Part shown: positions 37,428 through 49,959 of the stretch, one piece after another
Layout: every line of letters begins with the position of its first letter
Position numbering within the stretch: the stretch's first letter is position 1
Assembly (NCBI RefSeq): GCF_006345805.1
Contig: NC_043009.1
Span: forward strand, 35,402,001-35,466,000
Length of the DNA stretch: 64,000 nucleotides
Source: Octopus sinensis
Lineage: Eukaryota
Direction of reading: 5' to 3'
Made by a program: the position numbers and the translations under genes
The notes under the pieces: model-generated
The model's input: only the letters and a program-made list of their open reading frames with translations
What the model was told of the DNA's origin: nothing
The model's database searches: none

Positions 37428-38180
37428 GACAAAAAAAAAAGAACGTCAAACACAATGAGAAACGAAAACATAAAAACAGAACCATGGAAACCCACAATTT
37501 TTTAAACAACGAAAAAATAGGGTACAAGACATACAACGCAAGGAAAATTCCCCTTCTTCAGCCGCCTCCATTTCGTCTACTCCGCGTTTCGAAGATAAAG
37601 GCGAGACACGACTTGAGTGAAATGGTCCTTCCCGCAAATAATTTTAGATTTTTTGCGGAGGGTTAAAAGTGGTAACAAAAACAGGACAGTAAAAACAATA
37701 CAAGACAGTAAAAATACAAATAAAAATAAAAACAGTAAACGACAGGACAAGTAGAATAACAGTAATACGAACGTTAAGGGCTGTTAAGCCGAACGAAAGA
37801 GATATTATTTTGAACGCGTGAGAACAACGGCATAAGAAAGGGATAGGATGGCGTCTATACTTGTTGAAGGCTGTGGTCAGAAATACAGGACTCTGGTCAC
37901 ATGTCGGAGACGAGAGGGAGGAGGTGTAGTAGTAGGAGAAACGGAGGCGGCTGAAGAAGGGGAATTTTCTTGCGTTGTATGTCTTATACCCTGTTTTTTC
38001 GTTGCTTAAAAAATGTCCGTTTCCATGGTTCTGTTTTTATGCTTTCGTTTCTCATTGTGTTCGACGTTTTTTTTTTGTGTCCTGTACCTATATATGCATG
38101 TATATATACATATAGATGTAGGTACGTACATATATGTATGTATATATGTATATGTTTTATTTATTATTTTGTTATATATA
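37428..38180. mobile_element. Outward-facing inverted repeat pair (37428-37578 and 37930-38082), probable PLE pseudo-LTRs
   Basis: About 150-bp arms, roughly 85-90% identical (acgtcRaacacaatgagaaacgaaaRcataaaaacagaaccatggaaac...aattccccttcttcagccgcctcc). The right arm continues into the tail shared with 1419-1520. Confidence 0.75.
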
Positions 38181-38864
38181 TATATATATCCATAATTAAG
38201 GAATGGAGAAGATAAAACCCAATCTACTCCATTCCCCAATGCTGGTTGTTTATTCGCATATACTACAACCACAGGCCCTAACGGTGAGCTATTAAATAGC
38301 CTTTTTACAGTTTATCGTAGTCTCCTAGGAGAAAAATTGACAACCATCTGCGCCAATAAACCACTATTGTTCTTGTCAGTTGTTTTATTCATATCTTCTA
38401 CCGACTGCTTGACGCTCACTAACTTCGTAGACCTTGAACCTTGGGTCTTACTTTTGTTTATACATATGTATATATAAGTATGTCCTTTTTGTATCTGTGT
38501 CTGTACCCCCACTACCGCTTGACAGCTACTATTGGTGTGTTTACACTAGGAAAAGAAACTGATAGAATAAGTAACAGGTTTAAGAAGACATAAGTACTGG
38601 GGTTACTTCGTTCAACTATGAATTCTTCAAAGTGGTGCTCCAGCATGGGCACGGTCTAATGTGTGAAACAAGCAAAATATAGGAGATAGGACATACGTAT
38701 ACATAAACACACATGCGTACACACATACACAAACATACACATATGACAAATGATAGAGACAGAAAATGGAATACATGTGCTCCTAAGTATACCATATGAA
38801 AATATACATATAAGTACTTATCCATCTTTCTGTCAATTTCTCTCTCTCTTTCTCTTTCTATCTT

Positions 38865-38923
<59 letters not shown>

Positions 38924-39231
38924 ATGTGTGTATCTATGTCTGTGTGTATACACACACATACATAATACATACATGTGTTCGTACACAAACATATACTAGC
39001 TTACTGCATATTTAATATGTTTCGCTCAATGTATACTAATAGAAGAAACATATGGTGTAGATGTCTTTTATCATGGCTGTGCAATGCTTGATCGAGTGCT
39101 CTATTAACACCTCTCACTACAAGTGTGTACATCATATGCTGGTTACTGTATATCTATATTCCTTTTTACCTTATCGGCTGTAATTACATTTACAGAACAG
39201 AGGGAATTAACATTAATGACTCTTTAGCAAT

Positions 39232-39271
39232 AATAATAACAACAATAATAATAATAATAATATTAATAATC

Positions 39272-39338
<67 letters not shown>

Positions 39339-39412
39339 TAATAATAATAACGACAACAACAATAACAACAACAACAACAACAACAATAATAACATCAACA
39401 ATAACAATAATA
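39232..39412 (+). repeat. (AAT)n/(AAC)n microsatellite
   Basis: Direct reading. Confidence 0.95.
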
Positions 39413-39419
39413 AGCGGTG

Positions 39420-40582
39420 ATAGTATAATTGTGCTGAAAATTGAATGGATGAAATAAAATCCAAATAGTAAATACATGGGCGTTAGTATCACTTCGGTAT
39501 CTTAAACTGGCAAATTAAAGAATTGATGAACATAGATACGAAGACACAGGAAATATTGACAGTGCACGGAGTATTCTATCCTAAGAATGGCACTGATAGG
39601 TTTCCTTTTCAAAGGAAAGGGTGGGAGAGGTTTATCAGTTGTGAGGATTGTGTTTAAGCACCGGAAACAGCTTAGGGCAGCATATAAAAATTGCCGTGGA
39701 ACTATTGCTGAAACGTGAAGAGATCCGGCATCATCAAAATTGATAATTGTGCAAAGAAAGAAAAACAAGAGGAAAGGAACACGAAAAAAGAAACACAGCA
39801 TCGAAATGATAAAAAGAATGCACGGTCAATTTGCAAGAGATACGAAGGCTAAGACAGATACAGAAGACCGGTGGTTATGGATGCGGAGGAGTGACCTGAA
39901 GTTAGAACCAGAAGCGGTTATAAGCGCGGCACAAGAATTAGCGTTATGGCCGAACTATGTAAAGAGCAAAATTGACAAAACAACTTAGAGTAACAAATTC
40001 CGAATATGTGGTGAGAGAGGTGACACGGTATAGCACATTGTTAGTGAATACCCGAAACTGGTGCAACGCGAATACTAAACACGAAATGACAAAGGGGCAA
40101 GAAAGCTCTATTCAGAGCGATGTGGAACTTACGGCCTGCAATGAGCAAGAACATGATATAACCGAATTCCAGAAGAGTTATTGAGAACAAAGATTGGAAA
40201 ATCCTATGAGATGCAATGATTCTGTATGACCACATGATCAGATATCGGAAACTTGACATTGTTGTAGTGGACAAAAACGGAATGATAACCGACATAGTAG
40301 TTCCTGGCAAAGAGAAAGAAGAACTATGACGATTTGAAGTGAAGAAATACGTGGGCAATGAAGAGAGTAGACGTAATAACAATAGTAACTGGTGCGCTTG
40401 GAAGTATCAGTACTCAGCTACGAGCATGACTCAAAAAGATTGGTAAAAATGTAAAGGTAGAGCAACCACAAAAATCATCCTCGCATGGTTCCGGAAGCAT
40501 CATCACTAAACAAGTGTCAGTTTAGTATGCTGATCATGGAAAACTGACACTTTCCATCATGCCCAGCAAAATAATCTAACAA
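39420..40582 (+). mobile_element. 5'-truncated R4/Dong-like non-LTR retrotransposon (RT thumb, CCHC region, RLE endonuclease), degenerate
   Basis: NTWA..LRY..LNWQIKEL..IDTKTQEILTVHG..YPK; MHGQFAR...WLWMRRSDLKLEPEAVISAAQELAL..NYVK.KIDK; decayed CCHC (FRICGE..DTV.HIVSE); decayed RLE motif LDIVVVDK. Abuts (AAT)n. Confidence 0.88.
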
Positions 40583-40789
40583 TTTTCATCAAAATAATGA
40601 CCATAATAGTCATCCTTAAACAGCTTTTATTCACGGACCTTTTAAGCGGGATGAGCCATTCGACACGAAGAAAATTCTAACTGGGACCCACCTGCAAAGC
40701 CATATATTGTTTATCTTGGTATGAAGTCACCATGTCGCGCACATATCGTTATGATGCATGTGCTTGGCGTTATCTTATCAGACGGATAA

Positions 40790-41075
40790 TCAGGATGGGT
40801 ATATTGGGCTTCCTGTATTTGTACTCCCGGAAAATGCTGAGTGAGTTTCTCGAAAGGTGGGTGAAAGTTGCAAAAATGGCAAGAGTGGATGGTACCTCTC
40901 TAAGTGTAGACCTGTGAGCCGGAGAGAAGGAATTGGAGAGGGTGCTTGGTTCTGGGTTTTCAGGGAAATCTGACTTGCCTGCCAGATTGAAGGAGGACGG
41001 CGGTGCGATCATTACTACAGACTCGGCCGACAGATCTGTCCCACACGTGACAGCAGCTGTTCGATATAACGCCAC
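40790..41075. mobile_element. Two Tx1-like ORF2 C-terminal fragments in opposite orientation
   Basis: Plus 40820-40917 SEFLERWVKVAKMARVDGTSLSVDL* resembles SECFKKRWVNVARMARMNDEATLSIIL*. Minus 40970-41075 LSAESVVMIAPPSSF resembles the LSAESI region; nucleotide match of 41020-41070 to 10401-10450. Confidence 0.75.
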
Positions 41076-41279
41076 AAATCAGCAATGCCCGGACACTGAA
41101 CGAGATCGAAATGATGATGATGATGATGATGACAAACGCTCTGTGGTAAGAAGTTTGCTTCCGACAATATAGTTCTGGTTATAGTCTCACTGCATCACAA
41201 ATTAGGCAATTGTTTTCTGCTATAGCACAGGGTAGCCAAAGACTTACGAGTCGATCTGGTTACTGAAAACGAATGAAGA

Positions 41280-44150
41280 ACATTGTGCAGCTCCTCCACT
41301 CCCATTACATGAAACCCATAGCCTCTCTACCACATGGGCCCACCCAGCGTCTTTGATTCCCTCGTGTATCATTGCATGTAGATAAAGAGCCAATCTCACC
41401 GCTAAATCTTGGGATGCAAAACCAGATCTCAGTGCCTCATCAAGAGCCTCAACTAAAGCCCTTTCTATTCTATTTTTCATAAAAACTAGCTCCTTACTAT
41501 ATCTAATAGACCGAAACATAATGGCCCCTTTGAAGGCATACCACCATTTACTAGTTATGATGTTTGCGGTCAATACCCTCTTTACTAGCTGTCTAATCCG
41601 ACTCCTATACTCTTCACAAGCCAAAAGAGAGTTTCCAGTAGCCGGGACCCTGCCTACATAACCTAAGTCAAACTTACAGGTCACAAGTTTGTGATCACTG
41701 TGTAGTGGAAATGTGGACACCTAGCAAAGTTTTTGTCGTTGCGCCAATTTATATTGTATGCAAGTGAGACCTAGAAGATCCGTTGCTATTAGTCCATGTC
41801 CACAATGGAGCGACCAGGAATTCTAGTCTGCCAGCTGAAAATGACTAAGCAGATCACTGAAGCACTGGTTTCCACTCCAATCCGGGTTCGAGCAACAGAA
41901 TCTACTTGTGCATCGCAGATTGTTTTAAAGTCTCCTAACACTATTAAAGTGTCTGACGTACCAAGGATGTTCTCTAGGCTTCTAAAATAACCAGACTGTC
42001 CAGTGTTTGTGGAAGGATTGACAGCTACAAGCCTGAAGGTATTGCCACTGCTGAGCGTCACGTGAAGGGCGACCAAACTTCCTTCCGCGTCGATGAAGAT
42101 AGTTGTTGTCTCTGGAAACATATTTTTCCTGAGCAGAACTGCGACGCAACTCATTCCTCAAAGTTTTCACGGAGAAATGAGTTTCTCCTAGCCGTTTAGG
42201 ATAGGGGAGAGCCACGCAGTTCACTCAGTCTGGTTTCCGTGGCAACTATTACATCCAATCTATTCGACATAAGATCAGCAACAAAGCAACCTTGCTTCCA
42301 AACTGACCCCAAGCCGCGTATATTTAAACATCCTACATTGAGAGCTGTCATAAAGGTAGTGGATTTACCTGGAGTTGAAGATGGAATGGTAATCCCATCT
42401 CAATCCATTATTCCAGTGCTTACGAGGTGTCTTTGACTAGGCCCTCAATGAAAATCCAACAGCCAACTCAACCCTACAAGTCCCACACGCAAAAAAATCT
42501 TGATAAAAACACACAAGACACGCAAAACTCTACCCCCTCCACCGTCGTATTCCACCCAACTAGACCTAATCCTTTCTCAGAGGGCCTATGTCATGTTTAA
42601 ATTCGCTTTTTAGAATGTTATAATTGATCCTGTCAATGGTAAAAAGTTTTTTGGCGTTATTTTCTCATAATTAGTAATCTGTGGTAATCTTTTTTATATT
42701 TTATAGTTTAGTCTGGAATTTTGTGTGTTAATTGCAATAAAATTAAGTTGGATGGAAAATGATGGAGGGGTTGGGGATTTTGTATGTCTTGTATGTCTTG
42801 AGCAATTTTTTTTTTTGCATGTGGGACTTGTGTTGGATTTTCTCTTTTTCCTCGAAGTTTGCGTTTTCTAATCGTCGCATTCCGGTTTGTACTCTATCAT
42901 CTCCTCCTCCTCTGCTGCTTTCACTTCCATAAAGATCTTTGTTGGCTCTGGTGAATCTGTTTCTTTTTTTCTCGGGAGGTGAGGGCACTGATGTTTTCTC
43001 TGGGGGAGGCTGGCACTCAGATCTAATGTGGTCATTTTGGCCACATTTGTAGAAATGATGCTTCCTTCCTTCGACCATTATGCGCAGCTTGTTATACCCC
43101 ATCAGGACAATGGGACAGGATGGGGACAGGGTGGATGCAGGGTGGGGGTTATCATCACCAGCTTGTGACCTCCTCTTTCTCTTTTTCCTTCTGCCATTTC
43201 CCATCCATCCCTGATTTTCTCCTCTGATTTGTTTTCTTTTTCTTTCTCAATGCTGGGCTTTCTCCTACATATTCTCGCAGTAGGTCGAGGTGCAGTTTCT
43301 TTTTCGTTTTCAGGTAACACCGGTGTCTTTACGGGCCGCGGAAGGCATTCTGCTCTAGTGTAGCTTTTTGGCCATACTTGTAACAGCGTAGGGCCCTGCC
43401 CTCCACTGTAACCGTAAGTATCACTTCGTTGAACGTTATGGTCTCTGTCATTTTTTCTAGGTCCTCCGGGGCAGTCTGAATAACCATTTCCAGGTCCTAT
43501 TCTGGCCAATTTTTATGTGCTGTTCTAGTGGCTTGACGGACCACAATCTTATCTTCGAGGCTTAGCACTTACCCTAGAAGCACGTCTTCCAAGATAAACG
43601 GGTACAAGTACCACCTCGTATGTCTTCAAGGAGGTTTCCGAATGCTGGCTGGCAATTGTCTCGATCTGAAACCGTATCTCCAGTGTCGCGAACTTTATTC
43701 CTCTGACAAGGTATATAATTCCCTGCCAGAAGGGTTTCAAGACTTTTTCCACTTGATGTGTTGTAGCCGTGTCAATCTTCGTTTTCAAAATGTATATCCC
43801 GTATACTATCGACCTTTGTTTTGTCAGAGGAGTCACCTTAATATCGTGCCCCTCCCTACATAACATATCCCTGTATTTCTGAAGTTTCTCCTACTCCACA
43901 TTTACTCTTCGTCGTAGCCTCTGGCCACGGTCGCGAAATCCATCTTCCATCTTCTTTGCTTCACAGTAATTCCTCTCAGCTATTCTTCTTCGAACAACGT
44001 AAATTCTGAAGAACCCAGATTTTCGCATGCCATTTCTATACAAATTATACAGTGCTTCCCACTTCAAACAGTGGGAAAAGCGCCAACAAAGCTGCCGCAA
44101 GGAAGCAAACAAAGTGTTTATAAAAGAGGAAGCAGTTAAATAAACGTAGC
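41280..44150 (-). mobile_element. Tx1/L1-clade LINE 5' half: ORF1 with CCHC knuckles and ORF2 APE endonuclease, decayed
   Basis: APE motifs GSLVALHV...FRLVAV...LIVLGDF...D and SDHKLV; Tx1-type KWW..FK..I. ORF1 pieces at 43549-43866 plus knuckles CYKYGQKSYTRAEC and FYKCGQNDHIRSEC. Confidence 0.85.
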
Positions 44151-44154
44151 AACA

Positions 44155-44222
<68 letters not shown>

Positions 44223-44382
44223 ATCACCGTGACCGACCAAGACCATCAGATGTTGCTACACATCGCTGGTCACAATGCGTTTGCATTGTTTTAGGCTTCG
44301 GACGACGCTACCCCGCTGACTAAGTGAGCAGGCCAATATATATAATATATATATATATTATATATATATATTATATATATAT

Positions 44383-44426
<44 letters not shown>

Positions 44427-45128
44427 GTGTGTGTGTGTGTGTATGTATATATTTATATGTTTATATAGGTTTATATAAAATTTAATTCTTACCTATGCAA
44501 ATGATACAGTGGAGAACATAGAATGATGGGTCAAGTACATTAACCTATTGAGACTTAAATCTAATTAAACATAGTACATTGGAATATACACAGAGCTGAG
44601 ATCCAAAAGGTTGCAAGTTTCAGGCACTATTCCAAATCAATCATCCAATATGTTTGGTTGTATAAATTTTCAAAAAAGTGAAATGGAATTTATGACTAAA
44701 TGAGAGAATCGCATCAAAGAATTTATTTAATGTATTTAAACTATATGATCTAAAGATAATATATGATTCCCTTATAGATAAACTGCATGTATTTGAAGTA
44801 GCACTACAAAGGCAGGGGGCACCGTAATTATAGACCAGGATAAGGAGTAATCAGTGTTGCTATCTCTTAGATAGTTTATATATGAGGCGAGTTCGTAAAA
44901 AAAATATCATTTTTCTGTTTTCCCACTTTTCTCTATATATATCCTACATGGATTCTGTTTACTTGTATTTTTATGTATATTTATATACTTTAAAATATTC
45001 AGATATGTCGATATGTATTAATAAATACATACGCATTTTAAGTCGAATTTGTAACTGTATGAGTATTATAAGAAGTTGATGAGAAAGATTAATAATATAT
45101 GATATATATATGATATATATATAATATA

Positions 45129-45165
<37 letters not shown>

Positions 45166-45356
45166 TTGTTTTACTATAGAATACACACATACCAATAATT
45201 GCAAAGATCAGCATAATATGATTAAATATACATGCGATACTTTGTCGTAATGTACATAAAATACATCTATATTTTAAATTAATCCTGTATCTCTTTTCAT
45301 TTCGTGACAAGTATACATTTAGCGAGCATTAGCTGAAGCAATTTATCGAAACTCTG

Positions 45357-46900
45357 TGTAGTATGAGCAACTGTTATATGAAGAACAATGTGCGATTAAC
45401 CGACTTCTCAGCATCGACTATGTAGCTGGGTTAAATCCGAGACGAGCCCTACCCGTCTGATATATCGCTAGAATCTACCGCTAATACCCTTTCTTGCTCG
45501 CACGTCTACAGGCGTTCGCCCACTCCCGCTGCCACGCTGGTCCTACTTCCGTCCACTTCCTCACAGACTCCGCCTCTTCCGGTAGGGGCTTCTGACCCAT
45601 TGATGCCCTTGACCCATTTCTTTCGGTTCACTTCATCCCCTACTGAGATGTGCATTGCACCTTTGAGAGCTTGTCCCAGACTTCAACTCCTATCTGCACG
45701 AAAGCAAGTTCTCCCTTTTCCTCAGCATGTTGTGATGCTGTCGACGTGAGCCGTCATACATACCTGGATATCGCTCTGTGAGTCCTAATCGGGGAGATAT
45801 ATTGTACCGAAACACCACTCCCACCTCTCTCCACCATGGCCTTGTTCGTGCGAGTGTACTTTCCAAGATTCAATTTTCACTCGGCCTTTATGCCACTCTG
45901 AAGAAATGGTGCACATTCCATTTATCGAGAATCTCCTTCAACTTCTCCGAACGAAATGTGCTATTATCCATCAGTCCATCAGCAATTATTCGACAGGGTA
46001 CCACTCCAGGAATATCTCGTTCAGGATACGCGCAACCTCATCCGCAGTATCTGTCTTCATTTCCCTCCATATTGTCATCCGATACGGTCCACAGTCGACT
46101 CTCGAGAGTTACGTCCCCTGCCGGTAGTGTGTCACATCCACCGCGAATTGTCCATAGTTGTGCTCTACTGATATGTTTTCCGGCTCTTGCACGTCCAGAG
46201 CATGGTCGATGGATTGACGCCTATCACAGCTCCCGATCATCTTTTGAATGTTCTGCCTAGTAACGTCGGAGTCAACCTTCCTGTCAAGATACAGGGTTCT
46301 ACCCACGCCCTTATGATGCATAGCATGCAGTCGCCTTAGTTCCGAGTCACCTAGCCAACTCATTGCAGCTATCTTCCGGCACTGCCAAGCAGGCCATTTT
46401 CAACTATGCTCTATGCTCTCCTGCACCACTTTGCCACCCCAGCTTGCCCGATCGGCTCGTCTCATGACGTTGCTGCATGCTGTTCAAAACCACCCAGCGA
46501 TTGAATAGTGACTCAGTAGTCTACCACACATCGATAATAGTTCTTGTCTGTTGATGCTGAAACTCAGTTCCGGAATCTCATTTCTTTTCCGAAACACAAA
46601 CACATCTGTCTCTTTGAAGCTTGAGCTCCAGTGCAGCTCCAACAATTAGCTCCGGTATTTCGCAGTCAGCCCGAGCTTCGTTAGGTCACCTACTAACTCT
46701 GCGGCAGACACTAGAGCCTTGTTTACCAGGATGTCATCTATGTAGAAATTGGTTCCTTTTCTTATCTTGGATAGATTTGAGCACTGTTACCATGATCTTT
46801 GGTGCAGAATTCAGCCCGAAATCCAACCTAGTCAAACAGTATGTCTGGCACTTATATCTCACCAGTTGATACTTCTGCCTGCTGTTTTGCGTCGTCAAGC
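45357..46900 (-). mobile_element. Ty3/Gypsy-like LTR retrotransposon pol remnant (RT core and integrase, RNase H missing)
   Basis: YCLTRLDFGLNSAPKIM; YIDDILV at 46733-46744; integrase HHKGVGRTL...C...QSID, DVTHY, VDCGP...IWR and MDNS..FRS. Many stops. Possible short 3' LTR remnant at about 45357-45490 after a purine tract (weak). Confidence 0.88.
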
Positions 46901-47084
46901 TTGCTTATGCAAGCAGTTCGGTCATCACCATTTTTTTAGTTGCTCGGCAACTGTTGCCGCTGCACCGCGCTTTTTAGTCAATTTCAGGTAAAAATCAGAA
47001 AACATGGCCAGTTTCCAGACCTCCATTGCACACACGTCCATCTGTTTTCATGTCCACCTGACCTTTCCTAGCTTGGTTGGTGTT

Positions 47085-47220
47085 TGGAAGAGCATCCAGC
47101 GGTAAAAACGAAAGCATGGCGCAGGCTTCTGCCTGGCCACCTCCTGATCTGAAAAACCGTTCAACCCATACCAGCGTGGAAGGATGATGTTAAACGATAA
47201 TGATGATGATGATGATGATA
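47085..47220 (+). mobile_element. 3' end of an RTE-type LINE/SINE with a (GAT)n tail
   Basis: ggaagagcatccagcggtaaaaac...ccgttcaacccataccagcgtggaa...gttaaacgataatgatgatg; family assigned from recall only. Confidence 0.55.
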
Positions 47221-47312
47221 TATGTATGCATGTATGTGTGTATGTGTCTCTCTCACTCCCCCTCTCTCTCTCCCTCTCTCTCTCTGCATATATATATATA
47301 TATATATATCCT

Positions 47313-47579
47313 TTCATTCTTTTACTTGTTTCAGTCATTTGACTGTAGCCATACAGGAGCACCGCATTCAGTCGAAAAATCGATCCCAGGACTTATTCTT
47401 GGTAAGCCTAGTACTTATTCTATCGGTCTCTTTTGCCAAACCACTAAGTTACGGAGACGTAAACACACCTTCACTGGTTGTCCAGCGACAGGGAGGAGAA
47501 ACACAGACACACACGCGCACACACACACACACACACACACACATACATATACGACGGGCTTCTTTCAGTTACCGTCTAT
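47313..47579 (-). mobile_element. SINE family A, 3' two-thirds
   Basis: cttttacttgtttcagtcatttgactg...gagcaccgc...acgacgggcttctttcagtt. Confidence 0.88.
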
Positions 47580-48458
47580 ACATACATAGATACATACATA
47601 TATATATACATACATATGTATATTGTATATATACTATAAGTGTTATATATATATATGAGTAGAATTTTTTATATAAACACAAGTATATATTTATGTTCAC
47701 ACACACACACATATTTATGCACACACATATTTACACATACACATATATATATATATATATATAAGAGTAGATATTTCTATATAAACATAAGTATATAGTT
47801 ATGAATAGACATGCTCGCACAGATACATACCCGCGCTCCTCCACACTCGCACAGAAAACACACACCCATATATATGTATATGAAAATTTGAGTTAGAATA
47901 ATATTTCGTTGTTTTTAACTTATCCACTTCTGAAACAACTGAATGTCAACACTCCGCAAGCTATATCTCAAAAAGAAATAAATTTAATGTTATTTTCTTC
48001 GCAAAAATTGTTTACAGACTCTGGAAGTGAATGTGAATTCCTGTTACTCACCTCAACAAGTTTGAAAAAATTCAAGGATAATTGCGATTATAGCTGTAAA
48101 ACCTCACACAATATTAGCTGAAGGATATTAAATATTCTGCATTTAACAAATAACGAATCTGTATATAAAGTCGACTAGTTACTTTTTGCCGCTGAATCAA
48201 ATTCTTTCCTGCATTCCCTAAGGTGGTATTCCTCTCGTAACAATGCCTATTAATATGTTTAGACCCTACCCACCCACAAATAATCGCTTTTGTTTAGTTC
48301 CCTAATATTCCTATCGAGCCATTAGCATTCTCTAAGCTATAGAAGCACTTCCTCATTATAAATTCTACATTCCCCTACGGGTACTCCATTGTGACAATGC
48401 AGTATTTAACAATAATTGTTTTTCATATGAATGTACTTTTAAAATTATTTATCAATAA

Positions 48459-48494
<36 letters not shown>

Positions 48495-48496
<2 letters not shown>

Positions 48497-48580
48497 GGAA
48501 GCTTTATGAAAATAAACAAAAGACGAAGGCAGGTGGAGTACAAACAAACAAGTGTATTAGTATGGCGCTCATTTATATAT
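48495..48580 (-). repeat. PLE pLTR-type tail shared with 63365-63455
   Basis: Reverse complement gagcgccatactaatacacttgtttgtttgtactccacctgccttcgtcttttg aligns with gagcgttatactaatacatctgtttgttttgtacaccacctgtcttcgtcttttg. Confidence 0.75.
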
Positions 48581-48608
48581 ATATTATATATATATTATAT
48601 TATATCAT

Positions 48609-48674
<66 letters not shown>

Positions 48675-48811
48675 TAAATTAGAGATAAAACCAATATTAG
48701 GCAAATCAAACAATGAAAAACATAAGCCAATACATAAAATTAAATAAATTTTATATTATTTTGAATATATATCAAAAGTATTAAAAGTTTAATAAAAGAT
48801 AAAGAGTAAAA

Positions 48812-48835
48812 GACTACGATCGTTTCATGGCTGTA
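48812..48835 (-). ncRNA. 3' half of a hammerhead motif; the 5' half is replaced by a (TA)n tract
   Basis: GAAA-cgatcg-TA-gtc with perfect palindrome ACGATCGT. Confidence 0.4.
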
Positions 48836-48841
48836 CAAATG

Positions 48842-48907
<66 letters not shown>

Positions 48908-48912
48908 TATAT

Positions 48913-48946
<34 letters not shown>

Positions 48947-49312
48947 ATATATATATAATATATATATATATGTACATATATATTGGAAGGAGGCGCATAC
49001 ATACGCACACGTACATACATATATGCATTTCTTACATACATACATAAGTACGTCCATACATACATACATATTTTATCGTGTGCTCACTGCTATGTTTGTT
49101 TAGAGTTCAAAATACATTATCATCGTCCAGTCCGTAGAAGGCGTAAAAGGTATGAAAAAACATCTTTCAGGAACAATAACGGTTTATTGACATCGAATAT
49201 TGTAAATGTTTCCCATATCGAAAAGTTAATTTATAGTTCACGGTTTGCAACTCGGATTGTTGTGTATGCAAATAAAAAATCCAAATTTAGGGAATGGAGT
49301 TGATGAAATCCA

Positions 49313-49396
49313 GGCTACACATGTTTCCTAGCTAGCAGAACATCGGAAGTAGTAATTACCCAATCGAAGGGTACTCCACTAACTACTCATCAGGCC
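49313..49396 (-). ncRNA. Type-I hammerhead ribozyme motif with an intact core
   Basis: ggc-CTGATGA-g-tagttag...ctagcta-g-GAAA-catgtg-TA-gcc. Stem I 3 bp, stem II 7 bp, near-palindromic stem III, GUA triplet. Confidence 0.75.
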
Positions 49397-49475
49397 AAAG
49401 ACTTTTGATCAAGTCTCCTGTAAGTTAACATGGGACTTCTTGACAATGCAACCTTCATTTAACTAAGGTATATTT

Positions 49476-49537
49476 GGCCTGATGAGTACCTAGCGGTCTA
49501 TCCCTCGTTGAGTACTTGCTATGAAACATATGCAGCC
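49476..49537 (+). ncRNA. Hammerhead motif with a U16.1-to-C change, likely inactive
   Basis: ggc-CTGATGA-gtacctagcgg...ttgcta-t-GAAA-catatg-CA-gcc. Confidence 0.55.
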
Positions 49538-49574
49538 TAGGTTTTATCTACTGCATTCCCTAAACTTGAATACA

Positions 49575-49900
49575 CAGGGTGCGATGGGTAAATTGTCGCC
49601 AAGTTATATTTTTAATTTCATGCAAGTGCATTGTTTCCTTTTTGATTTTGAGACTACACAGTAGTCTGTGAGAAAAACAGCACCATGCCGAAATTCAGTC
49701 TGCCAGAAATTTGGAAACGATATGCTGTACCGCTTGGCACCGAAACACTCTGAAATGTTCATACTGAAGCCCCCCGGTGGACAATATAGAAGTTTGCAGT
49801 TCGTCGAGAGATGAAGGAAGAATCAGAATGACACTTTTCCAGAGATGTGTTACTTTCGGCAGATCTGCAACATCAGAGACCAAGTGTTTTCAATGTGATT
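49575..49900 (+). mobile_element. Tc1/mariner-like 5' fragment
   Basis: Begins cagggtg after a TA-like site; ATG at about 49686 gives MPKFSLPEIWKRYAV. The second TIR was not found. Confidence 0.45.
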
Positions 49901-49959
49901 TTTAACAATGACATATAGTGGGTTTACCTGTATTTCTTGATCAGTCAGAATACTGAAAC

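Larger units (their letters stand above)
49270..49572. repeat. Outward-facing inverted repeat with a hammerhead in each arm
   Basis: Arms about 49270-49398 and 49473-49572; downstream flanks also align (agcctRgRtttYatcWactScattccctaaaYttgRat). Confidence 0.85.

Noticed and set aside
37550-37610. GAAACGCG followed by CTGAAGAAGGGG on minus, a possible permuted (type II) hammerhead
   Set aside because: U16.1 is absent, stem I cannot form, and the other arm (37930-37965) does not conserve the arrangement.
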